From contig JAZAMN010000039.1 of the NCBI GenBank assembly GCA_036229005.1, positions 9,528 to 73,527 on the forward strand: a stretch of 64,000 nt of DNA, written 5' to 3'. The position numbers and the translations under genes were made by a program. A model generated the notes under the pieces. That model saw only the letters and a program-made list of their open reading frames with translations. It made no database searches and was not told where the DNA came from. Shown here piece by piece: positions 1 through 9,530 of this stretch (positions within the stretch are counted from its first letter, which is position 1; the number at the start of each line of letters is the position of its first letter). The DNA is from Myxococcota bacterium. GTDB taxonomy: Bacteria; Myxococcota_A; UBA796; CAJQPC01.

Positions 1-14
1 AGGGTGGAGGCCCC

Positions 15-1535
15 GTGACCCCAGGACTGCAGCTCGTCTGGTTCAAGCGCGACCTGCGCGTCCGTGACCACGCCCCGCTGGCCGAGGCCGCCCACCGCGG
101 ACCCACCCTGGGGCTCTACGCCTACGAGCCCAGCATCCTGGCCGAGCCCGACGCCGCCGCCGGTCAGCTCCAGTTCGTGAACCAGTGCCTGAGCGCGCTC
201 CAGCAGGCCTTCTTGGAGCGGGGAGGGCGCCTGTTGGTGCTCGAAGGCGAGGTGGTTCACCTCCTGGACCGGCTGCACGCCCTGCTGCCCATCGACACCC
301 TGTGGTCCCACGAGGAGACCGGTACGCTGGCCACCTACGCCCGCGACAAGGCGGTGGGGCGCTGGTGCCGCGAGCGGGGCGTGCGCTGGGTGGAGATCCC
401 CCAGAACGGCGTGGTCCGTGTCCTCCGCGATCGAGACGGCTGGGCAGCGCAGTGGCACCGCCGTATGGAGCGCCCGCTGGTGCCGCCCCCCCAGCGCATC
501 CACGCCCCCGAGCTCCCCCCGGAGGCCGGCTTGGGCCCCAGCGGGATCCGCGCGCCCAGCAGCTTGGGCCTCTCCGGCGAGCGACCCCAGGCCCAGCCCG
601 GCGGCGAGCCCGTGGCCTGGGAGACCCTGCGCAGCTTCCTGCAGCAGCGCGGCGTGGACTACCAGCGGGCCATGTCCAGCCCCAGCTCCGCCTGGGAGGG
701 CTGCTCGCGCATCTCCCCGCACCTGGCCTGGGGCAGCCTCTCCATCCGCCAGGCCTTCCAGGCCACCCGGCGCCAGCAGGAGCGCATCCAGGCGGGCCTT
801 CGCCGCGGTCGGGACCTGGATCCCCGCTGGCCCCGCAGCCTCCACGCCTTCCAGGAGCGCCTGCACTGGCACTGCCACTTCATGCAGAAGCTGGAGTCCG
901 AGCCCACCCTGGAGCGCCGCCCCCAGAACCCCGCGTTCGCCGGGCTGCGCACCCCCAACCCCGGCCGCCTGGAGGCCTGGTCCCAGGGCCGCACCGGCTG
1001 GCCGCTGGTGGACGCCTGCATGCGCTGTCTGCACGCCACCGGGTGGATCAACTTTCGCATGCGCGCCATGCTGATCTCCGTGGCCACCTTCCCCCTGTGG
1101 CTGCCCTGGCGGGAGCCGGGGCTTCACCTGGCGCGGCTCTTTGTGGACTACGAGCCCGGCATCCACTGGGCCCAGGTGCAGATGCAGGCCGGCGTCGCGG
1201 GCATCAACACCCTGCGGGTCTACAACCCCACCAAGCAGGCCCAGGAGCAGGACCCCGACGGCGCCTTCATCCGACGCTGGGTCCCCGAGCTGGCCGCCCT
1301 GCCCACCCCCTGGATCCACCACCCCTGGGAGACCCCGCCGCTGCTCCAGCAGGCCTATGGCGTGGTGATCGGGCGGGACTACCCGGCGCCGCTGGTCGAC
1401 CACGTGGCCGCCGCCAGGATCGCGCGGGAGCGGGTGCACGCGGTGAAGAGCAGCCCTCAGGCTCAGGAGCACAACGCCCGGGTCCAGCGGCGCCACGGCT
1501 CTCGCAGGGGATCGCGGCGCCGGCGAGGTCACTGA
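15..1535 (+). CDS. Cryptochrome/DNA photolyase family protein
   Basis: N-terminal [13 protein letters not shown] motif; FAD-binding domain motifs [55 protein letters not shown]. Confidence 0.92.
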   Translation: MTPGLQLVWFKRDLRVRDHAPLAEAAHRGPTLGLYAYEPSILAEPDAAAGQLQFVNQCLSALQQAFLERGGRLLVLEGEVVHLLDRLHALLPIDTLWSHEETGTLATYARDKAVGRWCRERGVRWVEIPQNGVVRVLRDRDGWAAQWHRRMERPLVPPPQRIHAPELPPEAGLGPSGIRAPSSLGLSGERPQAQPGGEPVAWETLRSFLQQRGVDYQRAMSSPSSAWEGCSRISPHLAWGSLSIRQAFQATRRQQERIQAGLRRGRDLDPRWPRSLHAFQERLHWHCHFMQKLESEPTLERRPQNPAFAGLRTPNPGRLEAWSQGRTGWPLVDACMRCLHATGWINFRMRAMLISVATFPLWLPWREPGLHLARLFVDYEPGIHWAQVQMQAGVAGINTLRVYNPTKQAQEQDPDGAFIRRWVPELAALPTPWIHHPWETPPLLQQAYGVVIGRDYPAPLVDHVAAARIARERVHAVKSSPQAQEHNARVQRRHGSRRGSRRRRGH

Positions 1536-1611
1536 ATGGTGGACCGCCGGTGTCCGTCCAAGGAGCGGCGCGCGGCGGCTGAGATCCGGCCGGAGGCGCG
1601 CGTCCTTCCCG

Positions 1612-1642
1612 CTTGACACTTGCCACGTCAAGAGTTCAAGGT
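1612..1642 (+). promoter_or_regulatory. Putative sigma70 promoter overlapped by the inverted repeat CTTGAC-N9-GTCAAG
   Basis: TTGACA at 1613-1618; dyad 1612-1632; weak -10 candidate CAAGGT at 1637-1642, just upstream of ATG 1650. Confidence 0.4.
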
Positions 1643-1649
1643 GCTGGTG

Positions 1650-2432
1650 ATGACCCCTGTTCTCCTCGCTGTGCTGGCCTGTGCTCCAGTGTTCCGCTAC
1701 CCCGGCCCGACCCGGGGGGTGGGGAAGACAGCCTCGCCGACCCCCACCAGCACCTCGGGCCCCTGGTCAGGCGATCCGGACCAGCGCGAGGCGGTGGCCT
1801 ACTACGAGGCCCCCAAGCAGGCGGAGTCCGGCCAGGGCGAGCAGGACGAACCCAAGCCCCGGAAGCCCCGGCGCGGGCGCAAGGGGGACGGGGACAAGGT
1901 CGCCAAGGCCGCCGGCCACTACGTGGGCAAGAAGGTGATGAGCTGCGGCGGCGAGAGCTTCCGCTACGACTGCTCGGGTCTGGTCAACGTGGTGCACTAC
2001 AAGGCGGGGATCGACCTGCGCGGGCTCAACAGCGACGGGCTCTGGTCCATGGCCCAGGAGCTGGGCGTGGACCACAAGGGCCTGCCGGAGACGGGCGATG
2101 TGGTGTTCTTCGACAACACCTACGACCGCAACGGCAACGGGCGGCTGGACGACAAGCTGACCCACGTCGCGGTGGTCGAGTCGGTGGACGATGACGGCAC
2201 CGTCCACCTGGTGCACAAGGGCTCCAAGGGCGTGGTCCGCATCGTGATGAACCCCGAGCACCCGGACCAGCGCCTGAGCCCCCAGGGCAAGGAATGGAAC
2301 GACTGGCTGCGCGCCCGCAAGAAGGGCGACTCCAAGAGCACCCAGTACTTCTCCGGCCAGCTCTGGGTGGGCAGCGCCAGCTTCTGGGCGGCGCCTGAGC
2401 TGCAGGTCGGGCAGGCGATCGCGTGGGAGTGA
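1650..2432 (+). CDS. NlpC/P60 (C40) peptidase lipoprotein
   Basis: YDCSGLV catalytic Cys motif, GDVVFF, THVAVV His; lipobox VLAC; start placed at ATG 1650. Confidence 0.85.
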   Translation: MTPVLLAVLACAPVFRYPGPTRGVGKTASPTPTSTSGPWSGDPDQREAVAYYEAPKQAESGQGEQDEPKPRKPRRGRKGDGDKVAKAAGHYVGKKVMSCGGESFRYDCSGLVNVVHYKAGIDLRGLNSDGLWSMAQELGVDHKGLPETGDVVFFDNTYDRNGNGRLDDKLTHVAVVESVDDDGTVHLVHKGSKGVVRIVMNPEHPDQRLSPQGKEWNDWLRARKKGDSKSTQYFSGQLWVGSASFWAAPELQVGQAIAWE

Positions 2433-3019
2433 GCGTGCTGCTGCTGAATCTTCTGGGCTGCATGGCCCTGGCCGACATCTCCGGGGGCGCGGTGGTCCCC
2501 ATGGGCAAGCCCGAGGACGCCGCGGTCGCCGTGGACCTGCGCTACGACCCCTTCTCGGTGGACAACAGCCTCCGCCACGAGCAGTGGGAGTACCCCGTGG
2601 TCGTGGGGACCAGCCTGCGCAGCAAGTACGCCCAGGACTTCACCAGCTTCGCGCTGGGCCCGGAGGCCTGCATCGGCGCCGTGCGACCCCAGGCGCGGGT
2701 GCTGCCGGTGCTGTGCGCGGGGAGCTCGGTGGTTCAGCTCGAGTGGATGGACCAGAGCTTCGTGCCGGGCATCGGAAGCCCCTACATCGAGCCGGCGGTG
2801 GGGCTCCGCTACGGGGACAAGACCGCGCCCAAGTGGCTGCGGAACGCGCCCCGGACGGTGATCCTCTCCGCGCAGCTTGAGTACATGACCCGCTTCGGCG
2901 AGCCCAACGTGCCCTACCTGGGGGTGCAGGTGGGCGTGGGGCCCTGGCTCTGGATGCACTCGGAGGACGCAGAGCGCGCCCTGCAGGAGTGCGTGGGCCC
3001 CTGCACGGCCTCATTCTGA
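2429..3019 (+). CDS. Hypothetical exported protein
   Basis: GTGA overlap with the upstream stop; hydrophobic N-terminus; GC-rich third positions. Confidence 0.6.
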   Translation: MSVLLLNLLGCMALADISGGAVVPMGKPEDAAVAVDLRYDPFSVDNSLRHEQWEYPVVVGTSLRSKYAQDFTSFALGPEACIGAVRPQARVLPVLCAGSSVVQLEWMDQSFVPGIGSPYIEPAVGLRYGDKTAPKWLRNAPRTVILSAQLEYMTRFGEPNVPYLGVQVGVGPWLWMHSEDAERALQECVGPCTASF

Positions 3020-3119
3020 GGGGCGCTCCGGAGACCGTCCGTTGAAGGCTGGATATCGGCCTTAAGGTTTCTGCATCGGGCGGCCGTCTACGTTGTCTGC
3101 TCCCAGTCAGGAGAAGCAC

Positions 3120-3950
3120 GTGAGCAAGCACGAGATCGATCGCCGTCAGGCCTTGGGGGCATTGGTAGGCGCCGCCGCCGCCCTGTCCATGGGGGGCGCC
3201 CTGGTCGCCTGCACAAAGGACGGCGGGTCCGACAGCGCCGGCGTCGGGGACAGCACCCTGGGAGACACCGGAGAGGCCTCGCTGGCCGACGGGGAGTGGC
3301 TCAACGGGACCACCGCCCTGCTGGGCGCTGCCTACGCGGTGGACTTCTCCGAGGAGTGCAGCCAGTACTGCGAGGTCACCCTGGGCCCCTGCTACGCCGA
3401 GACCCTGGAGCGTCAGGACATCTCCGAGGACGTGGAGGGCCTGCCCGCCCGCCTGGCCATCAAGGTCGTGGACAGCGACTGCAACCCGGTGGCCGGCGCC
3501 GTCGTGGACATCTGGCACTGCGCCCCCAGCGGCCTCTACTCCGGCAGCGACGCGGCCAACATGTGCACCGACGGGGACTCGGAGGCCACCGCCAGCCGCT
3601 GGTTCCGCGGGACCCAGACCACCGACGCCGACGGGGTCGTGGAGTTCGACACCTGCATGCCCGGCTGGTACCCGAGCCGCGCTGTGCACATCCACTTCCA
3701 GGTGCGCCTGGACGGGCAGGAGTACGTCACCTCCCAGGCCGGCTTCCCGGAGGCCCTGCTGGAGGACGTGTTCGACAACCACCCGGTCTACAGCCCCTAC
3801 GGTCAGCCCGACACGCCCAACGATCGGGACAACATCCTGAGCAAGGATCTGGACGCCTTCCTGTTCTCCTGGCGGCGCGCGGACGACGGCGCGCTGGTCC
3901 TGTGGAAGACTGTGGGCATCCGCAGCTCCCTCTCCGAATCAAGCTGCTGA
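3120..3950 (+). CDS. Intradiol ring-cleavage dioxygenase-like protein with Tat/lipoprotein signal
   Basis: DRRQAL twin-Arg, LVAC lipobox; VDIWHC..GLYS, FRGTQTTDADG, PGWYPSRAVHIHF; AGGAG upstream of GTG. Confidence 0.85.
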   Translation: MSKHEIDRRQALGALVGAAAALSMGGALVACTKDGGSDSAGVGDSTLGDTGEASLADGEWLNGTTALLGAAYAVDFSEECSQYCEVTLGPCYAETLERQDISEDVEGLPARLAIKVVDSDCNPVAGAVVDIWHCAPSGLYSGSDAANMCTDGDSEATASRWFRGTQTTDADGVVEFDTCMPGWYPSRAVHIHFQVRLDGQEYVTSQAGFPEALLEDVFDNHPVYSPYGQPDTPNDRDNILSKDLDAFLFSWRRADDGALVLWKTVGIRSSLSESSC

Positions 3951-3959
3951 GGAGCCGCC

Positions 3960-4631
3960 ATGGCAAGCGTACTTCTGGTCGAAGACGACCACGCCCTGGG
4001 CGCCCAGGTCCGTGGCCACCTGGAGTCCCTGGACCTGGAGGTCACCTGGTGGACCCTGGGCCATGACATCCACCCCGACATGCCCCCCGAGGTCGACCTG
4101 GTCATCCTGGACCTGATGCTCCCGGAGCGCTCCGGGTTCGAGGTCCTGCGCCAGCTCCGCGCCTGCTCCGACGTGCCCGTCATCGTGCTCAGCGCCCGCG
4201 ACGGCAGCGAGGACAAGGTCCAGGCCCTGCGCCTGGGCGCCGACGACTACATGACCAAGCCCTTCTACCCGGAGGAGCTCAAGGAGCGCGTGCGGGCCCG
4301 CTTGCGCCGCCCTGTCCTCGCTCGGGACGCCCGCGTACAGCTTGGGGATCTGGAGATGGATCTGGAGCGGCGGGAGGTCTGGTCCAGCAGCGCCCCGGTC
4401 TCTCTCACCCCCGCCGAATACAACATCCTGGCGGCCTTGGTGCGCAGGCCCGGCGTGGCCGTGACCCGCAAGTGGCTGTGCGCCAACGTCCTGGACCCAG
4501 ACCGGGAGCCCAGCGAGCGCACCCTGGACGTGCACGTGTCCCGCCTGCGCAAGAAGCTCGGCAAGGGCATGGTCGAGACCGTCTGGGGCGTGGGGTACCG
4601 CCTCCACGGAGACCGGGTGGGTCTGGCTTGA
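3960..4631 (+). CDS. OmpR-family response regulator
   Basis: LLVEDD, LDLMLP, GADDYMTKPF receiver domain; RTLDVHVSRLRKKL...VWGVGY winged helix. Confidence 0.95.
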   Translation: MASVLLVEDDHALGAQVRGHLESLDLEVTWWTLGHDIHPDMPPEVDLVILDLMLPERSGFEVLRQLRACSDVPVIVLSARDGSEDKVQALRLGADDYMTKPFYPEELKERVRARLRRPVLARDARVQLGDLEMDLERREVWSSSAPVSLTPAEYNILAALVRRPGVAVTRKWLCANVLDPDREPSERTLDVHVSRLRKKLGKGMVETVWGVGYRLHGDRVGLA

Positions 4632-6067
4632 GGCTACGCACGCGCATCCTGGCGGTGTCCGCCACGGTCGCCATCCCCATGCTCCTGGGGCTTGTCGTCT
4701 GGGACAGCCACTCCCGCCGGGATGCCGCCGCTGCAGCGCTGGCCTCCATGCTGGAGCGCACCACCTCCGAGCAGGGCGCGCAGGCCCGCTGCGAAGCCGA
4801 TCCAGAGGGCTGGGGCGTGGGTGGTCCGCGTGAGCCGGGGCCGCCTCCCAGTCAGGGACCTGCTGCGGTCGCTCCGATGGGTGGTCCCCCCTCTGGCCCA
4901 GGGGGAGAGCCTCCGGAGGGCTTTTCGGGGAGGCCCTGGCGTGGTCCACCAATAGGGCTCAACCTCGACGGCATCGAGGCCCCTCAGATCGTCGTGGTGC
5001 CTCTGGACGCCAGCGAGGACACGCTCCCGCCGGATCTGGTGGTCGGCCTCCCGCAGCTCGAGCGCAGCCCCTTCTGGGAGAACGACCTGCGCGTCTGGAT
5101 GGCGACGGGGTGGGTGGGTCCCTGCGCGGTCGTCCGCATCGAGGGCAACACCGTCCCCGGCTTCATGGGCAGCGTGCTCCCGGCCAGCCCCGTGTGGTTG
5201 CTGCCGCCCCTGGTCCTGCTGGCCGTGCTCTGGTTCGCGGTGGGGCCGCCCGTGCGCCGCATTCAGCAGCTCACGGACTCGGTGCGTGAGGGCGAAGACC
5301 CCATCCCGGTGCAGGGCGACGACGAGCTCGGTGAGCTCGCCCGGGCCTTTGAGACCAGCGCCCGCCAGCTCCGCGAGCAGGTGGCCCGGACCGAGAACCG
5401 GGAGCAGGCCCTGCGGGACTTCGTGGCCAACACCGCGCACGACGTCCGCATCCCCCTGACCGTGCTGATCGGGCACCTCAGCGAGCTCGAGCAGCGCGGA
5501 GACGCCGAGCTGGTGGGCCGCGCGCCGGGGGAGGCCCACTACCTGGGTGCGCTCCTGTCCAACCTGGCCTCGCATACGCGCCTGGAGGGCCCAGCGCCCT
5601 TCACGGAGGTGGATCTCGAGGGGGTGATCCAGCGGGTGGTGTTGCGCCACCAGCCCCTCGCTCGCCGACGGGACATTCAGATCCACTGGGGTGGCAGCGC
5701 GGAGGATGCGCAGGTGCAGGGAGAGCTCACGCTCATCGAGCAGGCCCTGTCCAACCTCGTCTACAACGCGGTGCGCTACAACCACAGCGGCGGCCACGTG
5801 GCCGTGACCGTAGACGAGGACGACGGCGGCGGCTGGCTGCTCTCGGTGGAAGATGACGGCCCGGGCGTGCCCCCCGAGAACCTGGCGCGGCTCACGGAGC
5901 GGGGCTTCCGGGGCAAGCAGGGGCTGCGGCGGGAGGGCGAGGGCTCCCAGGGGCTGGGCCTGAGCATCGTCGCGCGCGTGGCCGAGCTGCACGGCTGGAG
6001 CCTGGAGCTGGGCGCGGGCAGCGAAGGCGGTCTGCGGGCTGTCATGCGCATCCCGGCGCAGGCCTGA
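4628..6067 (+). CDS. HAMP-domain sensor histidine kinase
   Basis: Two TM segments, HAMP (DELGELARAF), H-box AHDVRIPL, N-box NAVRYN, DDGPG, GLGLSI; TTG start overlaps the regulator stop. Confidence 0.9.
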   Translation: MRLRTRILAVSATVAIPMLLGLVVWDSHSRRDAAAAALASMLERTTSEQGAQARCEADPEGWGVGGPREPGPPPSQGPAAVAPMGGPPSGPGGEPPEGFSGRPWRGPPIGLNLDGIEAPQIVVVPLDASEDTLPPDLVVGLPQLERSPFWENDLRVWMATGWVGPCAVVRIEGNTVPGFMGSVLPASPVWLLPPLVLLAVLWFAVGPPVRRIQQLTDSVREGEDPIPVQGDDELGELARAFETSARQLREQVARTENREQALRDFVANTAHDVRIPLTVLIGHLSELEQRGDAELVGRAPGEAHYLGALLSNLASHTRLEGPAPFTEVDLEGVIQRVVLRHQPLARRRDIQIHWGGSAEDAQVQGELTLIEQALSNLVYNAVRYNHSGGHVAVTVDEDDGGGWLLSVEDDGPGVPPENLARLTERGFRGKQGLRREGEGSQGLGLSIVARVAELHGWSLELGAGSEGGLRAVMRIPAQA

Positions 6068-6130
6068 TCCTCCCTCCCAGCAGGTTCAGACTCTCTCAAC
6101 ATCGGGGAGCTAACTTGAGTCTGGGAGGTC

Positions 6131-6742
6131 GTGGTGCGAGAGAATCTGCTCTGGAAGCTTGCGACCGTCGTCGCCTGCCTGGGCTGGCTGGGAACCTGGG
6201 TCTGGCATGGCGATGATGTGTCCCCGGAGCCCTCTCCGACTGTGGTGTCCACGACCTCCCACTCCCCCGCCCCCCAGGCCCCCGCCACCGTCGTGCGGCA
6301 GGTCGTCCGGGAGCGGGTGGAGGACACCGGTGCGCCCGCCAGGGCCGCCATCGACCCCGAGCAGGCCGCCCAGGACCCTGAGGTCATGGAGATCGCCCGC
6401 GAGCAGGTGATGGCGGAGATGCGCGCTGCTCGGGAGGAGCACCAGGAGCAGCGCTTCCAGGAGCGCCTGGACGACCTGGAGGCCTTCGCCGACGAGTATG
6501 GGCTGAGCAGCGATCAGCGCAGCGCGCTGGTTCAGGCGTTTCGGAACCTGGAACAGACCCTGGAACAGGCCCATGAGCGCCGCCAGGAGAGCGAGGACGC
6601 CCGGCCCGGTCCCCCTGACCGCGAGGACATGGACGCGGCCTTCGCGACCTTCGAGGGCGAGATCGAAGAGCAGCTCGGCAGCGATCTCAGCCAGGAGCTC
6701 CGGGAGTGGATGCGGCCCGAGGGTGGCCCTCCGCCCCTGTGA
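6131..6742 (+). CDS. Hypothetical membrane-anchored helical periplasmic protein (possible Spy/CpxP-like accessory)
   Basis: GGGAGG RBS; one N-terminal TM; Glu/Arg-rich helical body; follows the two-component pair. Confidence 0.55.
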   Translation: MVRENLLWKLATVVACLGWLGTWVWHGDDVSPEPSPTVVSTTSHSPAPQAPATVVRQVVRERVEDTGAPARAAIDPEQAAQDPEVMEIAREQVMAEMRAAREEHQEQRFQERLDDLEAFADEYGLSSDQRSALVQAFRNLEQTLEQAHERRQESEDARPGPPDREDMDAAFATFEGEIEEQLGSDLSQELREWMRPEGGPPPL

Positions 6743-6842
6743 ATCGCTGATCCAGCGCAGGTCTGCGGCGATGGCGCGTTTCAGCCGCTGCAACGCCACG
6801 GCAGGGGACTAAGACATTTCAGGATCTCACCTGGAGTGCCCC

Positions 6843-8069
6843 ATGAAACGCATCCTGGTCCTGGGCGGTGGCACCGCCGGCAGCATGATGGCCAACAAGC
6901 TGGTCAAGCGCCTGGGCGCGGACTGGACCGTGACGGTCATCGACCGCGACGACGTGCACCTCTACCAGCCCGGCTTCCTGTTCATCCCCTTTGGGGACTA
7001 CAGCCCGGAGGAGGTCCAGCGCTCCCGCAAGAGCCTGCTGGACGAGCGGGTGGAGTTGCGCTTGTGTGGCGCCAGGCGGGTCGAGCCGGACAACAACAGG
7101 GTCTACCTGGGGGACGGCAGCGTCCTGGACTACACGGTGCTCATCGTCGCCACCGGCACGCGGCTGGTCCCGGAGAACACCGAGGGCCTGACGGGCGTGG
7201 GTTGGCAGCAGAGCGCGTTCGACTTCTACACGCTGGACGGATCGACGCGCCTCGCCGCCGCCCTGGAGCGCTTTGAGGGTGGAAGGCTACTGGTGAACGT
7301 GGTGGAGAACCCCATCAAGTGCCCCGTGGCACCTCTTGAGTTCCTCTTCCTGGCGGAGTCCTGGCTGCGCAAGCGGGGACTGCGGGACAAGACCGAGCTG
7401 GTCTACGCCACGCCTCTGCCCGGCGCCTTCACCAAGCCCCGCTCCAGCGCCGTGCTGGGCGGCATGATGGAGGAGAAGGGGATCCGGGTCCAGGCGGAGT
7501 TCGCCGCTGCATCGGTGGACGGAGAGCGCGGCGTGCTCACCGCCTTTGACGGCCGCCAGGAGGACTACGACCTGCTGGTCACCGTGCCCTCCCACGCGGG
7601 CGACGAGCTGGTCTCCGACTCCGGCATGGGCGACTACGCGGGCTTCCTGCCCACCCACAAGCACAGCCTGCAGTCCAAGGCCTTCGAGAACGTGTTCGCG
7701 ATCGGTGACTGCACGGACCTGCCGGCCTCCAAGGCGGGCGCGGTGGCGCACTTCCAGGGCGAGGTGCTGATCGAGAACGTGCTGCGCTACATCGAGCAGC
7801 TCCCCCTGCTGGAGACCTTCGACGGCCACGCCAACTGCTTCATCGAGTCCGGCGACGGCAAGGCCCTGTTGATCGACTTCAACTACGACACCGAGCCCCT
7901 GCCGGGGCGCTTCCCCCTCCCGGGCATCGGCCCCTTCACGCTGCTGGAGGAGAGCCACGTGAACCACTGGGGCAAGCTGGGCTTCAAGTGGGTGTACTGG
8001 AACATGCTGGTCAAGGGGGAAGAGCTGCCCCTGGACCACCGCATGCTCATGGCTGGCAAGTGGAGCTGA
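6843..8069 (+). CDS. sqr: Sulfide:quinone oxidoreductase-like flavoprotein (type III-like)
   Basis: GGGTAG FAD motif, HLYQPGFLF, KCPVAPLE and HANCFIESG Cys motifs, FAIGD; clustered with TusE and DsrE genes. Confidence 0.85.
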   Translation: MKRILVLGGGTAGSMMANKLVKRLGADWTVTVIDRDDVHLYQPGFLFIPFGDYSPEEVQRSRKSLLDERVELRLCGARRVEPDNNRVYLGDGSVLDYTVLIVATGTRLVPENTEGLTGVGWQQSAFDFYTLDGSTRLAAALERFEGGRLLVNVVENPIKCPVAPLEFLFLAESWLRKRGLRDKTELVYATPLPGAFTKPRSSAVLGGMMEEKGIRVQAEFAAASVDGERGVLTAFDGRQEDYDLLVTVPSHAGDELVSDSGMGDYAGFLPTHKHSLQSKAFENVFAIGDCTDLPASKAGAVAHFQGEVLIENVLRYIEQLPLLETFDGHANCFIESGDGKALLIDFNYDTEPLPGRFPLPGIGPFTLLEESHVNHWGKLGFKWVYWNMLVKGEELPLDHRMLMAGKWS

Positions 8070-8071
8070 TC

Positions 8072-9031
8072 ATGGACAACGCACAGGAACTGCAGGCCAA
8101 GGTCGAGCGCCTGGAAGACAAGGTCGACCGGCTCACCGGGCTGGTCGAGAAGCTGGTCGAGCGCAACGAGCGTCAGTCCGAGATGATCGACGAGGCCATG
8201 CCCATCGCGAAGGAGGTGATGGACTGGGCCACCGTCAAGCTGGACGACGCCGAGAAGGCGGGCTGGTTCGCGCTCTCCCGGGAGGCCTTTGGCGTGGTCG
8301 AGGCGGTCGTCGAGGCCTACGAGCCCGAAGACGTCCGGGCCCTCGGGGACTCCATGGTCACCATCCTGGAGGCCGTGCGCAGCTTCACCCAGCCAGAGGT
8401 GATGGCGATGTTGGCCGAAGCCGGCGAGGTGATCCAACACGGTGACGAGCTGGAGCCCGTCACCCCTCTGGAGGTCGTCAAGGCCGGTAGGGATCCCGAG
8501 GTCCAGCGAGGACTGGCTGTGATGGTCGAGGTCCTGCGCCAGGTGGGCCGGGCCACCAAGACCATGCACCCCGAGCGGCAGGACGACGGCGGCAAGGCAC
8601 GCCGAAAGCGCCTGCTGAACCGCCGCAGCGCCCCCACCGGTGGCTACCGCAGCATGGCGACCCGGCCGCCGGTCGAGGCCGTCAAGTCGGCGGCGCCTGC
8701 GCCCAAGCCCGCTGCGCCCTCTCAGGTCATCGAGCTGCCCGGCTTCGAGCTGGATGGAGAGGGCTACCTGGCCGACCCCGGCTCCTGGTCGCGGGAGTAC
8801 GCCGCCGCGATGGCCGCGGCGATGGGGGTTCCGGAGCTGGGCGAGGGCCACTGGAAGGTCATCGAGTACGCCCGCAGCCGCTGGCAGGAGACGGGCTCCA
8901 GCCCCAACATCCGGGCCATCACCGTGGGCGCCGGGATCTCCACCAAGGAGCTCTACGCGCTCTTCCCCGTGGCTCCGGGAACCACCACCGCCCGGGTCGC
9001 GGGCATCCCCAAGCCTGTGGGCTGCATCTGA
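8072..9031 (+). CDS. DUF1641-like domain fused to C-terminal TusE/DsrC-family sulfur carrier
   Basis: DPEVQRGL (DUF1641-like); C-terminal LDGEGYL..W, HWKVIEYAR, LYALFP, AGIPKPVGCI. Confidence 0.82.
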   Translation: MDNAQELQAKVERLEDKVDRLTGLVEKLVERNERQSEMIDEAMPIAKEVMDWATVKLDDAEKAGWFALSREAFGVVEAVVEAYEPEDVRALGDSMVTILEAVRSFTQPEVMAMLAEAGEVIQHGDELEPVTPLEVVKAGRDPEVQRGLAVMVEVLRQVGRATKTMHPERQDDGGKARRKRLLNRRSAPTGGYRSMATRPPVEAVKSAAPAPKPAAPSQVIELPGFELDGEGYLADPGSWSREYAAAMAAAMGVPELGEGHWKVIEYARSRWQETGSSPNIRAITVGAGISTKELYALFPVAPGTTTARVAGIPKPVGCI

Positions 9032-9043
9032 GAGGAGTCGGAC

Positions 9044-9505
9044 ATGTCCACCAAGAAGATCTGCATCATCGTGTCTCGCGGCGGCCTGGACGAGGTCTAC
9101 CCCGCCTACATCCTGGCCAACGGCGCCCGCCAGTCCGGCATGGAGGCCACCCTGTTCTTCACCTTCTACGGCCTGAACGCCGTGACCGAGAAGAAGGTGG
9201 ACCACCTGCACGTCAACATGGCCGGCAACGCCGCCAGCCCCATGCCCACCGTGATGATGGGCCTGCCGGGCATGGAAACCGTGGCCGCCAAGATGATGCA
9301 GTCCAAGATGGAGGACCTGGACATCCCCGGTCCCCGGGAGTTCCTGGAGATCCTGGACGAGTCGGGCGTCGAGATGTACGGCTGCCTGCTGGCCATGGAG
9401 ATGTTCGGCATGGACAAGAAGGACCTGGTCCCGCAGGTCAAGGATGTCATCACCGTCGGCGACTTCTACGCCATGGCCGACGACGCCCAGGTGCTGTTCA
9501 CCTGA
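9044..9505 (+). CDS. DsrE/DsrF/DrsH-like (DsrE2) sulfurtransferase
   Basis: LFFTFYGL, MYGCLLAMEMFG conserved Cys; GAGGAG RBS. Confidence 0.88.
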   Translation: MSTKKICIIVSRGGLDEVYPAYILANGARQSGMEATLFFTFYGLNAVTEKKVDHLHVNMAGNAASPMPTVMMGLPGMETVAAKMMQSKMEDLDIPGPREFLEILDESGVEMYGCLLAMEMFGMDKKDLVPQVKDVITVGDFYAMADDAQVLFT

Positions 9506-9530
9506 GCGCGCAGCGGAGGCCCCCCAGCGC

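Noticed and set aside
6073..6128. Riboswitch or RBS-sequestering hairpin (CCTCCCAG/CTGGGAGG; CAGACTC/GAGTCTG)
   Set aside because: Short pairings are expected by chance at this GC content; no recognisable aptamer
8072..9505. Marker of dissimilatory sulfate reduction or reverse Dsr
   Set aside because: The DsrC-like domain has only one C-terminal Cys and no dsrAB is present in the window; it is TusE-type
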